From assembly GCF_963921235.1 (NCBI RefSeq), contig NC_086097.1:129396001-129460000 (forward strand): a DNA stretch of 64,000 nt, written 5' to 3'. Position 1 is the first letter of the stretch. Each line of letters opens with the position of its first letter. Source of the DNA: Mobula hypostoma (Eukaryota). A model generated the notes under the pieces. That model searched no databases. It was not told the DNA's origin and was given only the letters and a program-made list of their open reading frames with translations. Made by a program: the position numbers and the translations under genes. This document shows positions 62,448-64,000 of this stretch, piece after piece.

Positions 62448-62894
62448 GTGTCTACCATGTTGGTGGGTGTAGAGTCACATAGAGTTCAGGGGAGGTAAGG
62501 GCTGGATGAGCAAATGGGCCTTTACAACAATCCAGAGGTTAGCTCTTGATAGTGTTTATGTTTTGACAAGAATATTTGCAGGGAAAAAAAAGCCTAGCAG
62601 GCAAGGACACCAATTTAAAGGAATGAAAATGATAGACTAGACTGTTCATACTTTAAAATGAGAGAAACTAAGATATAAGGCACACCACCAGCTTTGTAAG
62701 AGAAGTTTGAATTATGAAACATACAATAAGAGATCACACACTCTAAGGAAATAGTGAGGTATCTACTGTATATGGCTGTTCTTCAGTGGCACAGGCAACA
62801 ACTTTCCTTTAGAATTATCTCACATTAAAAACAGAGTTTTTGAACTTACAGCATACTGCCTGACTTTATGAATAGAGGATTAATTCTCCTTATA

Positions 62895-63438
62895 CACTGT
62901 GGCCATTTCATTAGTACCCCCTGTACCTCATTTTGTGGCTACTGAGTGTATGCTCATGGTCGTCTGATGCTGTAGCCCATCCACTTCAAGGTTCGACATG
63001 TTGTGCATTCAGAGATGCTCTTTTGCATGCCACTGTTATAACACATGGTTATTTGAGTTACTGTTACCTTCCTGTCAGCTTAAGTTAGCCTGGTCGTTCT
63101 CCTCTGACCTGTCTCATTAACAGAGCATTTTTGCCCACAGAACTGCCACTGATTGGATGTTTTTTGTTTTCCGCACCATTCTCTATAAACCAGAGACCGT
63201 TGTGCATGAAAATCTCGGGAGATCAGGAGTTTCTGACATATTCAAAGTACCACATCACCAATGATCATTCCACTGTCAAAGTTACAAAGATCATAGCTTT
63301 TCCCCATTCTTATGTTTGGTCTGAACAACTGAACCTCTTGGCCACGTCTGCATGTTTTTATGCATTGAGTGCTGCCACATGATTGGCTGATGAGATATTT
63401 GCATTATTGAGCAGGTGTACCTAATAAAGTGGCCACAG
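62895..63438 (-). mobile_element. Internally deleted Tc1-like transposon (N-terminal HTH remnant)
   Basis: TIRs cactgtggccatttcattag / ctaataaagtggccacag, left end after TA; minus strand decayed MGK..DL..FDSGMI..VRNS.SPEIFMH.., ..RGQRRTTRL..ADRKVTVTQITMCYNSG.QKSISECTTCRTL. Confidence 0.85.
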
Positions 63439-64000
63439 AATTTAGAATCTGATTCAAAATGAAAAATGCTAATTTTGCCAAAGGAGATTTTCTTGTTTTC
63501 CAAAAAAAAATCTTTTAAACTCACTTATACATTACCACAGTACAGTAAATTTATTTTCCAATATAGGGATAACAAGCTCAATCTAGGAATAAGTCTAGCA
63601 CAAGTTGAGTCATGTCGACGTTAACCATTGTGAGGACATGGGAGAATATCAACAAGACTTTTATCCCTGGAAACTAGGCGGAGTGAGGCTATAATTCTCT
63701 CTTAATGTAGGGACGGAAATAAAGTATGTGGGTGAAGTTGGAGGGTTAAACAAAATAACAAAAAGATTTTGCGAACTGATGAATCTTTAAACGTCATCAA
63801 CAATTTTTAATATGAAATAAAAAGGAGATATAAGTGGGAGTTTTGATAAATGATTTGTACAACGTCATGGATACAAAGAGGAATATTAAGAATTTATTGA
63901 GAATTTCCATTTATTAGAATGTGGCAGAATGTCTAAAGGCATTCCACAGAAGTGTTGCCAAATGAAGTTTGACACCAAACAATTAGAGATATCAGTACAG

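Overview
Vertebrate nuclear DNA, most likely a cartilaginous fish (ray-like; inferred from the repeat repertoire only). I found no convincing host protein-coding gene, rRNA or tRNA gene, so this reads as a gene desert or large intron. Well over half of the window is decayed, often nested transposable elements: many CR1 LINE fragments, Rex1/Babar LINEs of several ages, three Penelope-like 3' fragments (two with GIY-YIG, Neptune-type), many Penelope pLTR remnants carrying minimal hammerhead ribozyme motifs, a truncated Gypsy element plus a young solo LTR, a Tx1-like L1, RTE-derived non-autonomous elements (two with partial HDV-like ribozyme geometry), tRNA-derived SINEs, a Charlie-type hAT and a Tc1 remnant. 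Main leads: (i) a Penelope pLTR subfamily whose hammerhead core appears to be a non-canonical CUGCCGA and which occurs as small TSD-flanked palindromes; (ii) a minisatellite that seems to derive from Penelope coding sequence; (iii) HDV-like fold remnants at RTE-derived 5' ends; (iv) TE-free islands resembling conserved enhancers and one strong candidate 41-nt exon. Family names come from motif recognition, not database searches, and boundaries of old elements are approximate.
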